Origin: Chrysomallon squamiferum
Lineage: Eukaryota; Animalia; Mollusca
Direction of reading: 5' to 3'
NCBI GenBank assembly: GCA_012295275.1
Contig: CM022673.1
Location: 13,578,001-13,642,000, forward strand
DNA: 64,000 nt
Both the position numbers and the translations under genes were made by a program. The notes beneath the pieces were generated by a model. The model was given only the letters and a program-made list of their open reading frames with translations. It ran no database searches and had not been told where the DNA came from. Positions 42,891-55,074 of this stretch are shown here, in pieces. The stretch's first letter is position 1. Each line of letters opens with the position of its first letter.

Positions 42891-44136
42891 TGATTTGAAG
42901 AATAAAATGTTATTATTTTTGGTTTACTAATTGAAAACATTGTTAATGTTTTTTATAGAGTTTTTAACTAGAATAATGTTATTTCATTTTACAAATACAG
43001 GACATTTTTTGACCTGTTAAAACATTTATCATATAAATATATTTTTTTAAATTTTTTCCATTTTATACAGAGCATATTTAAGCAACAACACTTCTAAAAA
43101 CAGAGACCAGAACATTGGATGATATTTTTTAAACTGTTGTGATTGATGTTTCTGTTTCTTTAACATTCTAGGATTTATTTAGCAAATTTATTTAGACCAG
43201 ATACTTAAAAATTAAATCTAAATATTTGTCAGTGTAATTACTCAGTTATGATTGCCTGACTAAATATGTATTTGCTTTAGCAACAGTCCCAGGTTTCCAT
43301 TACCCAGTGTTAGCCAGTCTACTTAATACAAAACTGTCACACACTGTAGAGCAGTCAGCCATCATTTATCATTTGTTTGCTTCTAACCCACAGAATCAGG
43401 TTTATGAGTTGTACTTTTTATGCAAAATGTACTTTTTTTTTATATAATGTATGCAGTTATGATAATTAGATTTTTAATTTACTTCATGATGTTTGCATTC
43501 GTCTGTGCTTGTGAGGAAGAAGGAAAGTAAACTTCACCCTTTTAAAAAAAAAGAAGAATAGAAATTCAAATTTTTGAATGAAGAGGTAGTAATATATTTA
43601 GTAACTACGTCAGGAAGCTGACTCAGTGTCTGTATCTGCATGTTGTCTGTAACTACATCTGTCTATGTAATCCACTGTTTAACTGCCAGACAATTTTCTG
43701 TGACAGAAACAGATAGCCACAACCTTTACTTGACCCCAGTGGTCAGCAGTTTCTGCATTATTAATCATGTCCAAAATACTCCATGTGTCATAATGGAGCT
43801 CACCAACTTGGACTGTTAGGCTGTAGACCGCAGGTGTAAATACGTAGCTGCCAGGTGAGGTCAACCACGACATAGTTTGGTTTCGTTATGGGTCACTGGT
43901 TTCTGGTGTTAAATTGCTTCCAGGCTCATGAGGTCATTGCTGGCTGTCTGTGATGGTATTTGTGGTTAAGAGTGGAAGTGGGTTTGTGGGTTGTGTGAGG
44001 AAAGTGGTGGTTTGTGTGCTCAAAAGATTATATTTTGTAAATATAAATGTGTGTATTACATGCTTGCGTATGCATATTTGCATAAATGCACAAACATTTC
44101 CACCTACATACATGAACACATACACAGATGTGCATG

Positions 44137-44137
<1 letters not shown>

Positions 44138-44196
<59 letters not shown>

Positions 44197-44212
44197 AACA
44201 CACATACATACA
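44138..44212. repeat. (CA)n microsatellite
   Basis: Direct reading; source of four overlapping VC/HT artefact ORFs. Confidence 0.95.
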
Positions 44213-46241
44213 CAGTGTAAACCAGAGGAGTGCCAGAAAACCCACCGTGTAAAACCCATCAGTTTTAAAGTGAGAAGTTCTAAGGAATACAAAATCCCAA
44301 AAGAATTAATATCTTTGTGTGTGATTGTACTCTGCTAACTATTGATCTAGTTCACGGATTAAAACAGTTTTTTTTTCTATCTGAAAATCACTGTACACTG
44401 TTAAACAACTTGACGACTCTGGAAGCTACACACTGTAGAAAGTTTATGGTTCAATATCAAAGAAAAACTAGAAGACGAAAAAAAAAGAAATAAAATAATG
44501 AGAAAATGTCACTGAGGGCACCTTGACCTAGCAGTACAGAACAGAACTGAAGTACTTTATCAGTAGTGATAGATTACAACAGATGGGTTGTACTCTGTAT
44601 TTAACATTTATCACAGTTTTACATTACACCATTGTATTAACAGTGACAGTCATCAGACATGCTGCTGTACATTTAAAACAAATCACAAAGTTACATTACA
44701 CCATTGTGTTAACAGTTACAATTATTCAGAGATGCTGTACATTTAACATAACTCACAATTACCTGTTACTGTGATATTTAAGTTACAGCTATTTAGAAAT
44801 GCTAAACACTTTGTTACATTAATCATAAATATACTAAACTGTTTTACTGAACAGTTACAACCATAAAAAATTATCTGTTTAATATTTAAAGATGATAAAT
44901 ATTACACAAGGGAAAATTTTATCCTATCCATATTTAATATATTTACTATAAAATATATAAAATATTTTATATAATGCTTTTTATTGTTCATGCATTCTTG
45001 ACTTTCACCATTTTTTACTTTATAATGTTTTCTTTTTTTCACATGTATGCCTTACAGGATTAATATCTCTACACATACATTTACTGTTTTAACTTGATAA
45101 ATATTCTGTTTAATAATCTTATTTCAAATAAACTAACTTCTGTATGTAGATTTGAAGCTGGACGATTTGTGAAAACATAATCTGATAAAAGAGACTGCTG
45201 ATTTTTTGTATTCATGTAACTAATCTTTATTGATTCATTTATTGTTACTAACTTGATCAGTATTCTCTATTAATTTAATTTCAAATAAACTAACTTTTGT
45301 ATATTGATTTGAGATGGAAGATTTGTTTAAAACAAAATGATATGGCAGACTGTTGGTACTTCGTATTATTGAACTGAAGAATAGCAAAGATATATTTTGA
45401 TTATTAAACAACAATAATTTTGAGTTTTTGTTTTACCTTTTATAACAGTTAATGTACAAAAATAATTTTAAAATACTGTAGAAGAATAATTTTAAAATAC
45501 TGTTCAAGGAGAATTTTAAGTTAATAGTTTCAGTTACTTTATAAGAACTGTTTCACATTACTGCACTGATACTGTTTTAAGTAATTAATTACACAAGAAT
45601 AGATTTGAATGACTGCAGAAGAATAATTTTAGTTTACTGAACAAGGATGAATTTAAGTAACAGTTCTGGATAGTTTTAAACTATCATACAAAGATAATTT
45701 TAAATTATTGTTCAGGTATGACTTTAATTTATTCTACAAAATAATTTTAAGTTTTTGTGCCTGGACAGTTTTGAATTATTATTCAAGGATGATCAATATT
45801 ACACAAGGATAATTTGAAGTTATTATGCAAGGATAACTTTAAGACAGTGTAAAGGGATCGTTTCTTGTTTTTGAATAAAAATAACTTCAGACTACTGAAC
45901 AAGAGTAGCGAAACAAGAGTGTTTTAACTTACTGAACAAGGACAGTTTTCAGTTACTCTGTTAGAACAGGTTTCATTAATTGCTTTCAGTTCTGCACTTT
46001 CTGCTGCAGGGTGTTTGACAGTCTGCTGTTGCACGGAAATGCTGTGATGGTTGCATTTTGTGCATGAATGAATCTGTTAATGTCTGTGTCTAGCTACTCC
46101 CAAGTTTGTAAAGTGATCTTCTTTGTAGTTGTTTTCTTGTCAGAGCCACCTGGAAAACTGCAGCTGAATTCTGACAGCGATTCTCCACATGCTCAGTGGA
46201 TTTACTAGCTACAGGCCTTTACTGTTGTTAGGATTTATTAT

Positions 46242-46285
<44 letters not shown>

Positions 46286-46520
46286 GTTAATTTTGGCTTT
46301 TATAATATAGAAGTACATTTTATTTGTGTTAATATTAACAACGACAACAACAAAAAACAAGAAGAAGAAGAAGAAAAAGAAGAAAAAAGAAAAAGAACTG
46401 TTATTATTATTAATTATTATTATTAGTACATTATGAATCTGCCTATATTATTTATTTATTTATTTAATATATTTATAGTCTTTGAAAATTAACCTACATG
46501 TGCTGTTTTTGTAATTCTAG

Positions 46521-46634
46521 ACTTGCTGCTAAAATTTGACCTGGCTTGAGATGGTCAGTGCTGGTCTGCTGGACACAGTCGGCTAGTTTGTGTTATGATG
46601 AATCTGCTCAAGGTTAACACTCACCTTAAACGAT
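46521..46634 (+). other. 5'UTR part of the first coding exon (contains uORFs)
   Basis: Acceptor TGTTTTTGTAATTCTAG at 46519-46520. In-frame stops TGA at 46596 and 46599 lie upstream of ATG 46635. Confidence 0.55.
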
Positions 46635-46701
46635 ATGCATGGCCAGCCACTGGAGGCCTTTCTTAACAACGCTGGCTGCACCAGTCCAGCCAAGGGAAAA
46701 G
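46635..46701 (+). CDS. EcR: NR1H/EcR-like receptor, probable first coding exon (MHGQPLEAFLNNAGCTSPAKGK+G)
   Basis: GC-rich island with ATG preceded by in-frame stops. Donor AAG|GTCAGT (46702) is phase 1, matching the phase-1 acceptor at 54784. No homology support, as the A/B domain is variable. Confidence 0.6.
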
Positions 46702-46709
46702 GTCAGTCA

Positions 46710-47200
46710 TTTCCCCTTACTTGTTTGAAAAACATTAGCTACAGTTACCTCCCCTTACTTGTTTTAAAAACATTAGCTACAGTTACCTCCCCTTACTTGT
46801 TTTTAAAATATTAGCTACAGTTACCTCCCCATTTGTTTTGTTTTTTAACCATTATTAGCTACAACTACCTCCCTTTACTTGTTTTTAAAGTATTAGCTTA
46901 CTGTTACCTCTTCTTTTTAAAAAGTATTAACTAGATACCTACTTGTACTGCTGCTTTTAAGAATTAGTAGTTACTTACCTCCCCTTGCTTGTATTATAAT
47001 TATTAAAGTTACCTCCCTTACTGCAGTTTTCACAAATTATTAGCTGAATTTACCTCCCCTTAGAACTGTTTTTACGCATTTTTTGCTATTCATCTCATTG
47101 CAGTTTTTAAAAATTATTAGTTACATTTGCTTTCCCTTACTGTAGATTTTAAACATAATTAGCTAGTTACTTCTCCTTATTTCTGTTTTTAAACATTAAT
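46710..47200. repeat. ~38-bp minisatellite (ACAGTTACCTCCCCTTACTTGTTTTAAAAACATTAGCT), decaying 3'-ward
   Basis: Units at 46741, 46779, etc. Confidence 0.88.
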
Positions 47201-47939
47201 ACTTAGTTATGTACCTTCATTTCTAATTTAAGTTGTATCAGGTCATGGCAATTTTAGTTTCAAATGTTTAAAATGCAAGATACACACTTATTTAAAAAGT
47301 AAATAAAAAAAAAAAAAAAATAATAATAATAATAATAAAAGAAAAAAGAAAAAAAGAAAAAGAAAGTATTGGCTGAGATAGTGCACAAATAGAATTAGAA
47401 ATATACTAAATCAAAAATGATTTATCAGTTTTGTCTCATTTCTTTTGTAAGTTGGTAAGATAAGCACTTGAAGCAGTAAACATTCAATGGCAAGTAATGA
47501 GACTACATTCCCAAGGTGGGTTTTCTTTAAGCTCTTACACATTCATACACATCTTGTCAGATGAAACAGAATGACACATAAAAAACATTTACACAAATCA
47601 GAAAGAGAGAAAAGAGAACAATAACCAGGGAAAAATGATAAATAAAAATTTTATAAAAGAAAAAAAAAAAAAATTATAGTAAAGGAAAAAGATTAAAAAG
47701 AATAATAAAATATTAATACTCCCCGTGGAAAAAAAAAGAAAAAAAAAGAATAAGATTAATGACTGGAAATCATTTTATTTCTTTTTTCATTTGCATTTAA
47801 TCTGTTTTTCTCTTTTTTCTTTTGTTTCCTATGCCTGAAGTTAGTGTACAAATATCCTCTGTAAATTTGATATGTGCTGCTTTCTGTTTCATAAGAGATC
47901 TCTTTCCACCATGCGTTACAGTAACCTATCTTTCTGTCT

Positions 47940-48450
47940 CATAAATTAAACTGACTCAAAACACAGAAGTGTGTTGCAAATTAAACTGACTCAAAACACA
48001 GAAGTGTGTCATAAATTAAACTGACTCAAAACACAGAAGTGTGACATAAATTAAACTGACTCAAAACACAGAAATGTGTCATAAATTAAACTGACTCAAA
48101 ACAGAAGTGTGTAATAAATTAAACTGACTCAAAAAACAAAAGTGTGTCATAAATTAAACTGACTCAAAACACAGAAGTGTGTCATAAATTGAACTGACTC
48201 AAAACACAGAAGTGTGTCCTAAATTAAACTGACTCAAAACACAGAAGTGTGTCGTAAATTAAACTGACTCAAAACACAGAAGTGTGTCGTAAATTAAACT
48301 GACTCAAAACACAGAAGTGTGTCCTAAATTAAACTGACTCAAAACACAGAAGTGTGTTGTAAATTAAACTGACTCAAAAAACAAAAGTGTATCGTAAATT
48401 AAGCTGACTCAAAAGACAGAAGTGTGTCGTAAATTAAGCTGACTCAAAAC
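47940..48450. repeat. 35-bp minisatellite, 15 copies (TAAATTAAACTGACTCAAAACACAGAAGTGTGTCA)
   Basis: TGACTCA at 47952, 47987, 48022, 48057, 48092, 48125, 48160, 48195, 48230, 48265, 48300, 48335, 48370, 48405 and 48440. Confidence 0.97.
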
Positions 48451-48957
48451 ATACAAGCGACCAGCAGTGGTGAAACCTTTCCTTCCCTCAGACAGCTCAC
48501 TGCTACTCCAATAAAAATGTAGTGAACCGATATTGATTTTATTTGTGATAAATGTATCGACAAACACGTGTGTCTTTCAGGCAGTTTCTGCGTGCCACTA
48601 AGAGGACATAATGGCAGTGGAACTGAGAAAATTTCTTCAGCACTAAAAAGCTTGTTAATGTACTGCTGATGGTTAATTGAAAATGATTTTCACGTTTTTT
48701 CTGTTGGAATAAAATTGGACAGATTTATGTGCGTTATATGCTGTGTACGGCTTAGAGAAAAGCACCTGATGTTAATTTGATGTAAGCTCTCTTAACATGG
48801 TATTTATAGAAGCTTTTACACTTAGGAGCCCATAAAACACTAATGTGATGAAAGCTCTATCCTTTATTACATGGGGCTACCCTTTTTCAGTTAGCAGTAA
48901 AAGATTTTCACAGAGAGTAAAATAGAATTCTGTTTCTGATATATATATATATATATA

Positions 48958-49006
48958 AAAGCTGTTAATAAAACCATTGATTATAGCAGTCATAATGTAA
49001 ACTGTT

Positions 49007-49049
<43 letters not shown>

Positions 49050-49129
49050 ACACTCACAGATATATCTATATATGGACCCCAAGAGCTCACATTAGGAATG
49101 CAGTAATCAATGGTTTTATTAAGAGCTTT
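48958..49129. mobile_element. MITE-like element / 31-bp inverted repeat enclosing (CA)n
   Basis: 48958-48988 (AAAGCTGTTAATAAAACCATTGATTATAGCA) matches the reverse complement of 49099-49129 at 28/31 positions and abuts a (TA)n tract. Confidence 0.5.
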
Positions 49130-49800
49130 AACATGTTAAGAATGTCTGACATAATAGAAATAAACTATTTTAGGAATGTTTGCCATATTAGGAATACAGT
49201 GTATATTAGGAATTTTTGACATATGAAAAATTATTCTGTATTAAGAATACATTATTTTAAGAAAATGTAACATCAGGAATATATTTGGAAGTGGTCTATA
49301 TCACAATGTTATGAATGTTTGACAAATTAGGAATGTAGTGTGCAACAGGAATATTTGACAATAAAAATTCTCTGAATATTATAATGTATTAGGAATATTT
49401 GGCATTAGGAGTATTTTTATATTTAGAAAGTGGTATAAATTTTATATATACATTAGAGTTATGTTTATTAAGTATGGTACATATTAGGAATAACTGATTT
49501 TAGGAATATACTGCATATCAGGAATATTTGATGTTAGGAATATGCTGCAGATCAGGAATATTTGACATGTCAGGATTAATCTTCAAATCAGAAATATTTG
49601 ACATGTTAGGAATACACTTCATATCAGGAGTATTTTACATGTAAGGAATATACTGCATGTCAGGAATAATCTTCATATCAGGAATATTTGACATGTTAGG
49701 AATATAGTTCATACCAGGAATATGTAAATATTAGAAATGTATTGCATATCAGAAATATTTGAAATGTTAAGAATATTTGACATATTAGGAATACACTGCA
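49130..49800 (+). repeat. Degenerate satellite with core TTAGGAATAT
   Basis: Many AGGAATAT/GACATGTTAGGAATA units. Confidence 0.85.
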
Positions 49801-50305
49801 TTAACAATGGCCTTCACATGCTAGGATTTGATATTTGATAATCACATTTTGTACATAATTTAGACATTGGGAATCCACATTGCATTAACTTCATACAGCA
49901 GACTGTTCCATGTTAAACTTAAGACATATCAGCATCAGATAGTTATGTGGAACAGAAAGAAAGTGTTTCAGATTTCAGACACTGTATTTACTTAATCTGT
50001 GAGTTTTCTTAACAGATAACAGTCTTGAGATCTTAAATTTCCTACCTGTCTGTATATCAAATTACTTATTGAGAAGATACTGCACAGCACTTTAACACAT
50101 CAAGCACTAGTGTAGATTATCAGTGACACTGCATTACTAAAATAATATTAGTTTAAAAATGAGATAAAAGTATTACTTTGATATTTATCCTCTTATAATG
50201 ATGACGGGAACAACAACAGCAGCAGTGACAACAAGATCTGTAATAATAACAATAACAACAACGACAATAAAAATAATATCTGGTAATAATAAATAAATAA
50301 CTAAA

Positions 50306-50336
<31 letters not shown>

Positions 50337-51059
50337 TAATAATATTTTAGAAACTGTCAGTATCACACAAACGTTGCACATTCACTGAATACAGAGGGTC
50401 TCTGTCTATCCCAGTATTTGTCTAAAGCAATTATAGATTGCTGTGTATATTTTTTGAGTTCCCAGCGAATGTTTAGTAACACAAGTTTATCCAGTCTGTT
50501 TCTGGTTAAACATGGAAATATTTTCAATCAGAGAGAGAAAAAAAAAAAAAAAAAAAAAAAATAAGGGAAACAAAATCCCCAGATGATTTATATAATAAAT
50601 AACCATCTATATCTGCATATGATAATTATCTTTTGAATAATAACAACCATTTTCATATAAATAAGTTTTGCATAATGATTTAATGAACTATGGATTACAT
50701 TAATTATTTGGACTTACTGAGGCAAACTGTTTGGATGTTCTATTTTAAAACAAGTATTTTCAGTTCTAAATTGGATTACTATCCAGTCATTTTTTTTTTT
50801 TTTATTGGAATTCTGTTTAAAACTGGTGTGTTTCACTAGTTCAAAGCCACCATTGTTTGGTTAATGGTTTACGGAACAGATATATTAATATCATTTACAA
50901 GTCACCTAGGTAATCATGCTGTTATGTTAGTAATAGTTGTGTGAACTGTTCAAATAGATTCATTTGTCACTCTGTGAAACAGATTTACAACAAAAGTAAC
51001 ATAACCAGAAGCTGTTTTAGTAATAAATGATACTGATACTGCATAGTGATATATTGTTA

Positions 51060-51480
51060 GTAAAATGTATTCTTAATATACTGAGTATTCCTAATGTTCA
51101 ATGTATTCCTTATATATTGAATATTCCAAATGTACTGTATATTCCTAATATAATGAATATTCCTAATGTACAGTGTATTCCTAATATACTGAATATTCCT
51201 AACTTACTGTGAATTCATAATATATTGTGTATTCCTAAAAAACTATGTATTCCTAATATACTGTATATTCCCAGCTTAATGTGTATTCCAAACATGTCAT
51301 CATCATAAACAGAATATTTGTAACAAATGTACTATATATTCCTAACATACACTGATACACTATATTCCTAATATGCTTTGCATTCCAAATATACTGCTTT
51401 ATTCCTCATATGTCTTCATCATAAACAGTATATTTCTAACATATGAATAGTACATTCCTAATATTCTGTATATTCCTATT
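51060..51480 (-). repeat. Same degenerate satellite in opposite orientation (ATATTCCTAA)
   Basis: Repeated TATTCCTAATATACTG; gives the NIP-repeat ORF 51027-51212. Confidence 0.85.
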
Positions 51481-54400
51481 GTGGTCTCATCTGCCTATAT
51501 AAAAATTGACTATTGGACATTCACATGAAATGCAAATATTTTTATATCATGGTTTTTTGTAAATTTCCAATATATTAATTTTTTTTTTTTTTTTTTTTTT
51601 TTACTGCTTTATTGTTATTATAAAATTCATTTTGTTCTGTTTCAAATTTTAATTACTTAAAAAAGATAATAATTTTATTACAAGAACGGTCTTTTTTGAA
51701 AATGAATAAAAGAAATTCCCTCTCAAAAAAAAATACATCTTTATGGTGAAAATATTTGTTTATTTATTAACAGAAATTTAAATACAGTATATCACAATGC
51801 AGAAAATGTTTTATGTTTCAGTTAAAGAAAAGTTAGTATTTAATTTTTGAAGGTAATTTAATGAGAGTGTGGTCTAAAGTTGAAAATAGTTTAATTAGTG
51901 AAGATACTTTAATTATGTTGAAAATGGTGTACTATTTATTTAATTTTGGAAGATAATTTTACTGGAGATATGGACTGTGTTGAAAATGGTGTACTGTTTA
52001 GTTTTGGAAGATAATTTACTGGAGATAATGAGACTGTTTTCAAACAGAGAAGTACAGGATTGCTTTGACTGAGAAATTCCTGCCTCGCTTGCTGTGTGAT
52101 CATTAAACCAGTTCCAGGTTTGGCTCTCAGACACACATTCAGCGTAGATGCCACTGTGAAGTGTTGGAAGTTGTGTCGTCACAAATCAGTGATTTCCGTG
52201 AAACAGCTTGTGCAGCAGACCTGTTTAGAATAGAAACCTTTATTTTATTTTGGTTTTCAAAATTCAATCACTGAAGCATTTTACAGTGAAGTGATCTGGT
52301 TGATATAGCAACGTTGTGCTTGGAAAGATGAATAGAATGTACTTTGTTTTAGATAGCAAAATGATACAGCACTTGTGGTAAAATAATTATTCAAATAAAA
52401 TTTTTAAAATAAAAAAAAAAAAAAAAAGAAAGAAGGAAATGTTGGCTAATACACATTAGTAAAATTTTTACATTGGTTCTAGCTGCAGCTGACTAAAAAT
52501 CTGTTGTTTTTAATTTAAAATTTAATATGAACTTTAGTATGTAATTTTAAAAAAAAAAAAAAAAAAAAAAATGAAGACAAGAAAAAATAAAAATAGAAAT
52601 GTAGATAGATTAAAATTATTGTCTGAGTGAGTTATTTCGAAATCTGACATTCAGAATATAAAATTATAAAATCCAGTATGAATATACAATTAAATTTCAA
52701 AGTTATCAAAAACAGATTTATGTAAACATTAACATTTCAAAACTGTAGAAGAAAACAAGAAAATGTGTACAGTTAAATTTATATAAATATATAAACTCAA
52801 TAATTAAAAAAAAAAAAAAAAAGACACATAAGAATAGAAAAAGAAAAACCCCAAGATTTAATATAAAATTATAAATAAATTCACAACAGTTTAAAAGTGT
52901 AATTAACCAATTGTTGTCGTGTGTTTCATCTCATAATGCAGTGAATTTGAAAACATTAGCACTCTGTGGCAATATCTGGAGTGAGATAAAACATGTAACA
53001 GCTGATAGCGCAATAACACAAGTTATCATCACAACTTGTCTTTTTGTCTGCTTAATTTCCATATGTTTTTTTGTGAAATGGCTTAGATACGAGACACTAG
53101 AATGTGGAGAGTTGTTAGTCACTTGTATGTCCCTCAGATTCATCTTAAATTTAACTGTGGTGAGTTTTTTTTGTTGTTTTTCCTTTTTTTTTTTTTTTTA
53201 CTATATATTTTTCAAAAATTATTTTATTTATTTATTTCTCTGTAAAATTTTGTTCAATCAGTTCACTTGGTCATATTTTTTTTTTATCAGTTATTGTCAA
53301 GTATTTTTTTTAATGATGCCAGCTGATATCACTTATTTAACAACACCAGTAGAATTGATTAATCTTTCAACTGAGATGTTGGATACGAAACTATTATTTA
53401 ATGTGACCAACAGATTTGATTAATTCTCTATCAACAGTTATTGGATATCAAAGATTTATTTAAATACACCAAAACATTGATGGGTTTTCTATCAATAAGT
53501 TGTTAGGTCTGAAACATTTATTTATTATTATATATTGATTATTATATATTGATTAGTTGATCTGTATGTACAGCCTATTAGATACCACTCATGTGACTCA
53601 TTCACACAAACAAAGGTTTTGAATTTTAAAACAAAGAACAAAAAAATGTTAATAAAATAGTAATAAAAAGAAAAGAAAAAAAGAGAAGAAAATAAATAAA
53701 GAAAAAAATCAGTAAATAGATAAAATTATAATTAAAACATAAATAAAATGACTGACATTGAAAACCAAACAAATATAACTGGTTATGTGTTTTTAATGTC
53801 TTTTTTACTTTTTTTTTGGTTAAATGTTTAACAATAGTTTGTTTTGAACTGATTTTAATGTTGAATTCTAAAGAAAAAAAAAAAAGTTACATCTGGGCTG
53901 TGGATCTAGTTTCTATATTTAGAATGATTACAAAGTGAGTTGGAAATAACAGTTTCTGAAAAATATTACGTAGTTGAGTCATATTTTTACTGATTTTGTA
54001 AAAATATTTTGCATGTTAGTTGTGTATTGAACATGATTTTATAATGATAATTTAACTACTTCTGTTTTAGATTTGATATGTGCTAGTAATGTTTTAATAT
54101 TTCTTTCATAAGGCATTTGAATTTAAAATGTGTTTTAGTCATTTTTAATACTGTCTTTTCTAAAACACTTTGATTTTAAATAAGATGTATGTGAGTAATA
54201 TTATAATATTTTATTTTAAAACATTTTCATTTTAAATATTTAGTAATGTTTTAATATTGTTCTTTCTAAAACACTTTCACTTTAAGTAAGGTGTACGCTA
54301 ATAATATTTAATATTTCTTTCTGAAACACTTTAAAACCTGTGTTAGAAATGTTTAAACATTTAAATTTTAAATACTTCTCTTGCAAAAACGCTGTAAATT

Positions 54401-54783
54401 TATAAATAATTTTCTTTTTGGTTTTAAATATAATGTATAGAAATATTTCTGTTTATAGTAAGATGTGTTTTAGTATTTGTTTCTAAAAGACATGATTCTA
54501 AATAAGATGTATTTTAGTAATATTTTAATAATATTCTTTTTAAAAACACTTTCATTTTACATAAAATGGATGCTAGTAATATTTTAATAACATTCTTCTT
54601 AAAACACTTGTTTTAATTTTAAAACGAGACTTATGCTAACATTTTATTTTTTTCTTTCGGACTGACTTCAACATTTTAGAATTCACTGATGGTAAAAACA
54701 ACCATTTATGTTTGTTTTAAATAAGACAAATTTTTTTTGAAATTTTTTTCTTTATTTTAAAATGTCATTTAAACTCTTTCCAG

Positions 54784-55047
54784 TGCCATCTGACAGCGAC
54801 ATGCCACCTGAAACAAACTTCCAGCACACAGCCCTAATGGAGCGAATGAACACCCCTGCAAACTCGTTCCAGTATGATCTTGAAGATGCGGCCAGTGAGG
54901 ACCAGGCAGGGTACCACATGGAGGCAAAGAGGCCCAAGAAGGGAATCGGAATTGCTGGCAAGAGTATTGAAGAAGAACTGTGTCGTATTTGTGGTGACAG
55001 GGCCTCGGGTTACCACTACAATGCTCTCAGCTGCGAGGGATGTAAAG
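54784..55047 (+). CDS. EcR: NR1H/EcR-like receptor, A/B region plus first C4 zinc finger
   Basis: Acceptor CTCTTTCCAG (54782-54783). Encodes ...[43 protein letters not shown], with P-box CEGCKG and EcR-typical [12 protein letters not shown]. Donor G|GTAAAT at 55048 is phase 1. Confidence 0.96.
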
Positions 55048-55074
55048 GTAAATGTTGTTTTAGTAACTGAGCCA

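Noticed and set aside
47940-48450. CRISPR-like regular 35-bp periodicity
   Set aside because: Units are head-to-tail with no unique spacers, there are no cas genes, and the context is a eukaryotic intron.
52911-53423. Longest ORF in the track (170 aa)
   Set aside because: Non-ATG start, low-complexity F/L/I composition from T-rich intron, and no recognisable domain.
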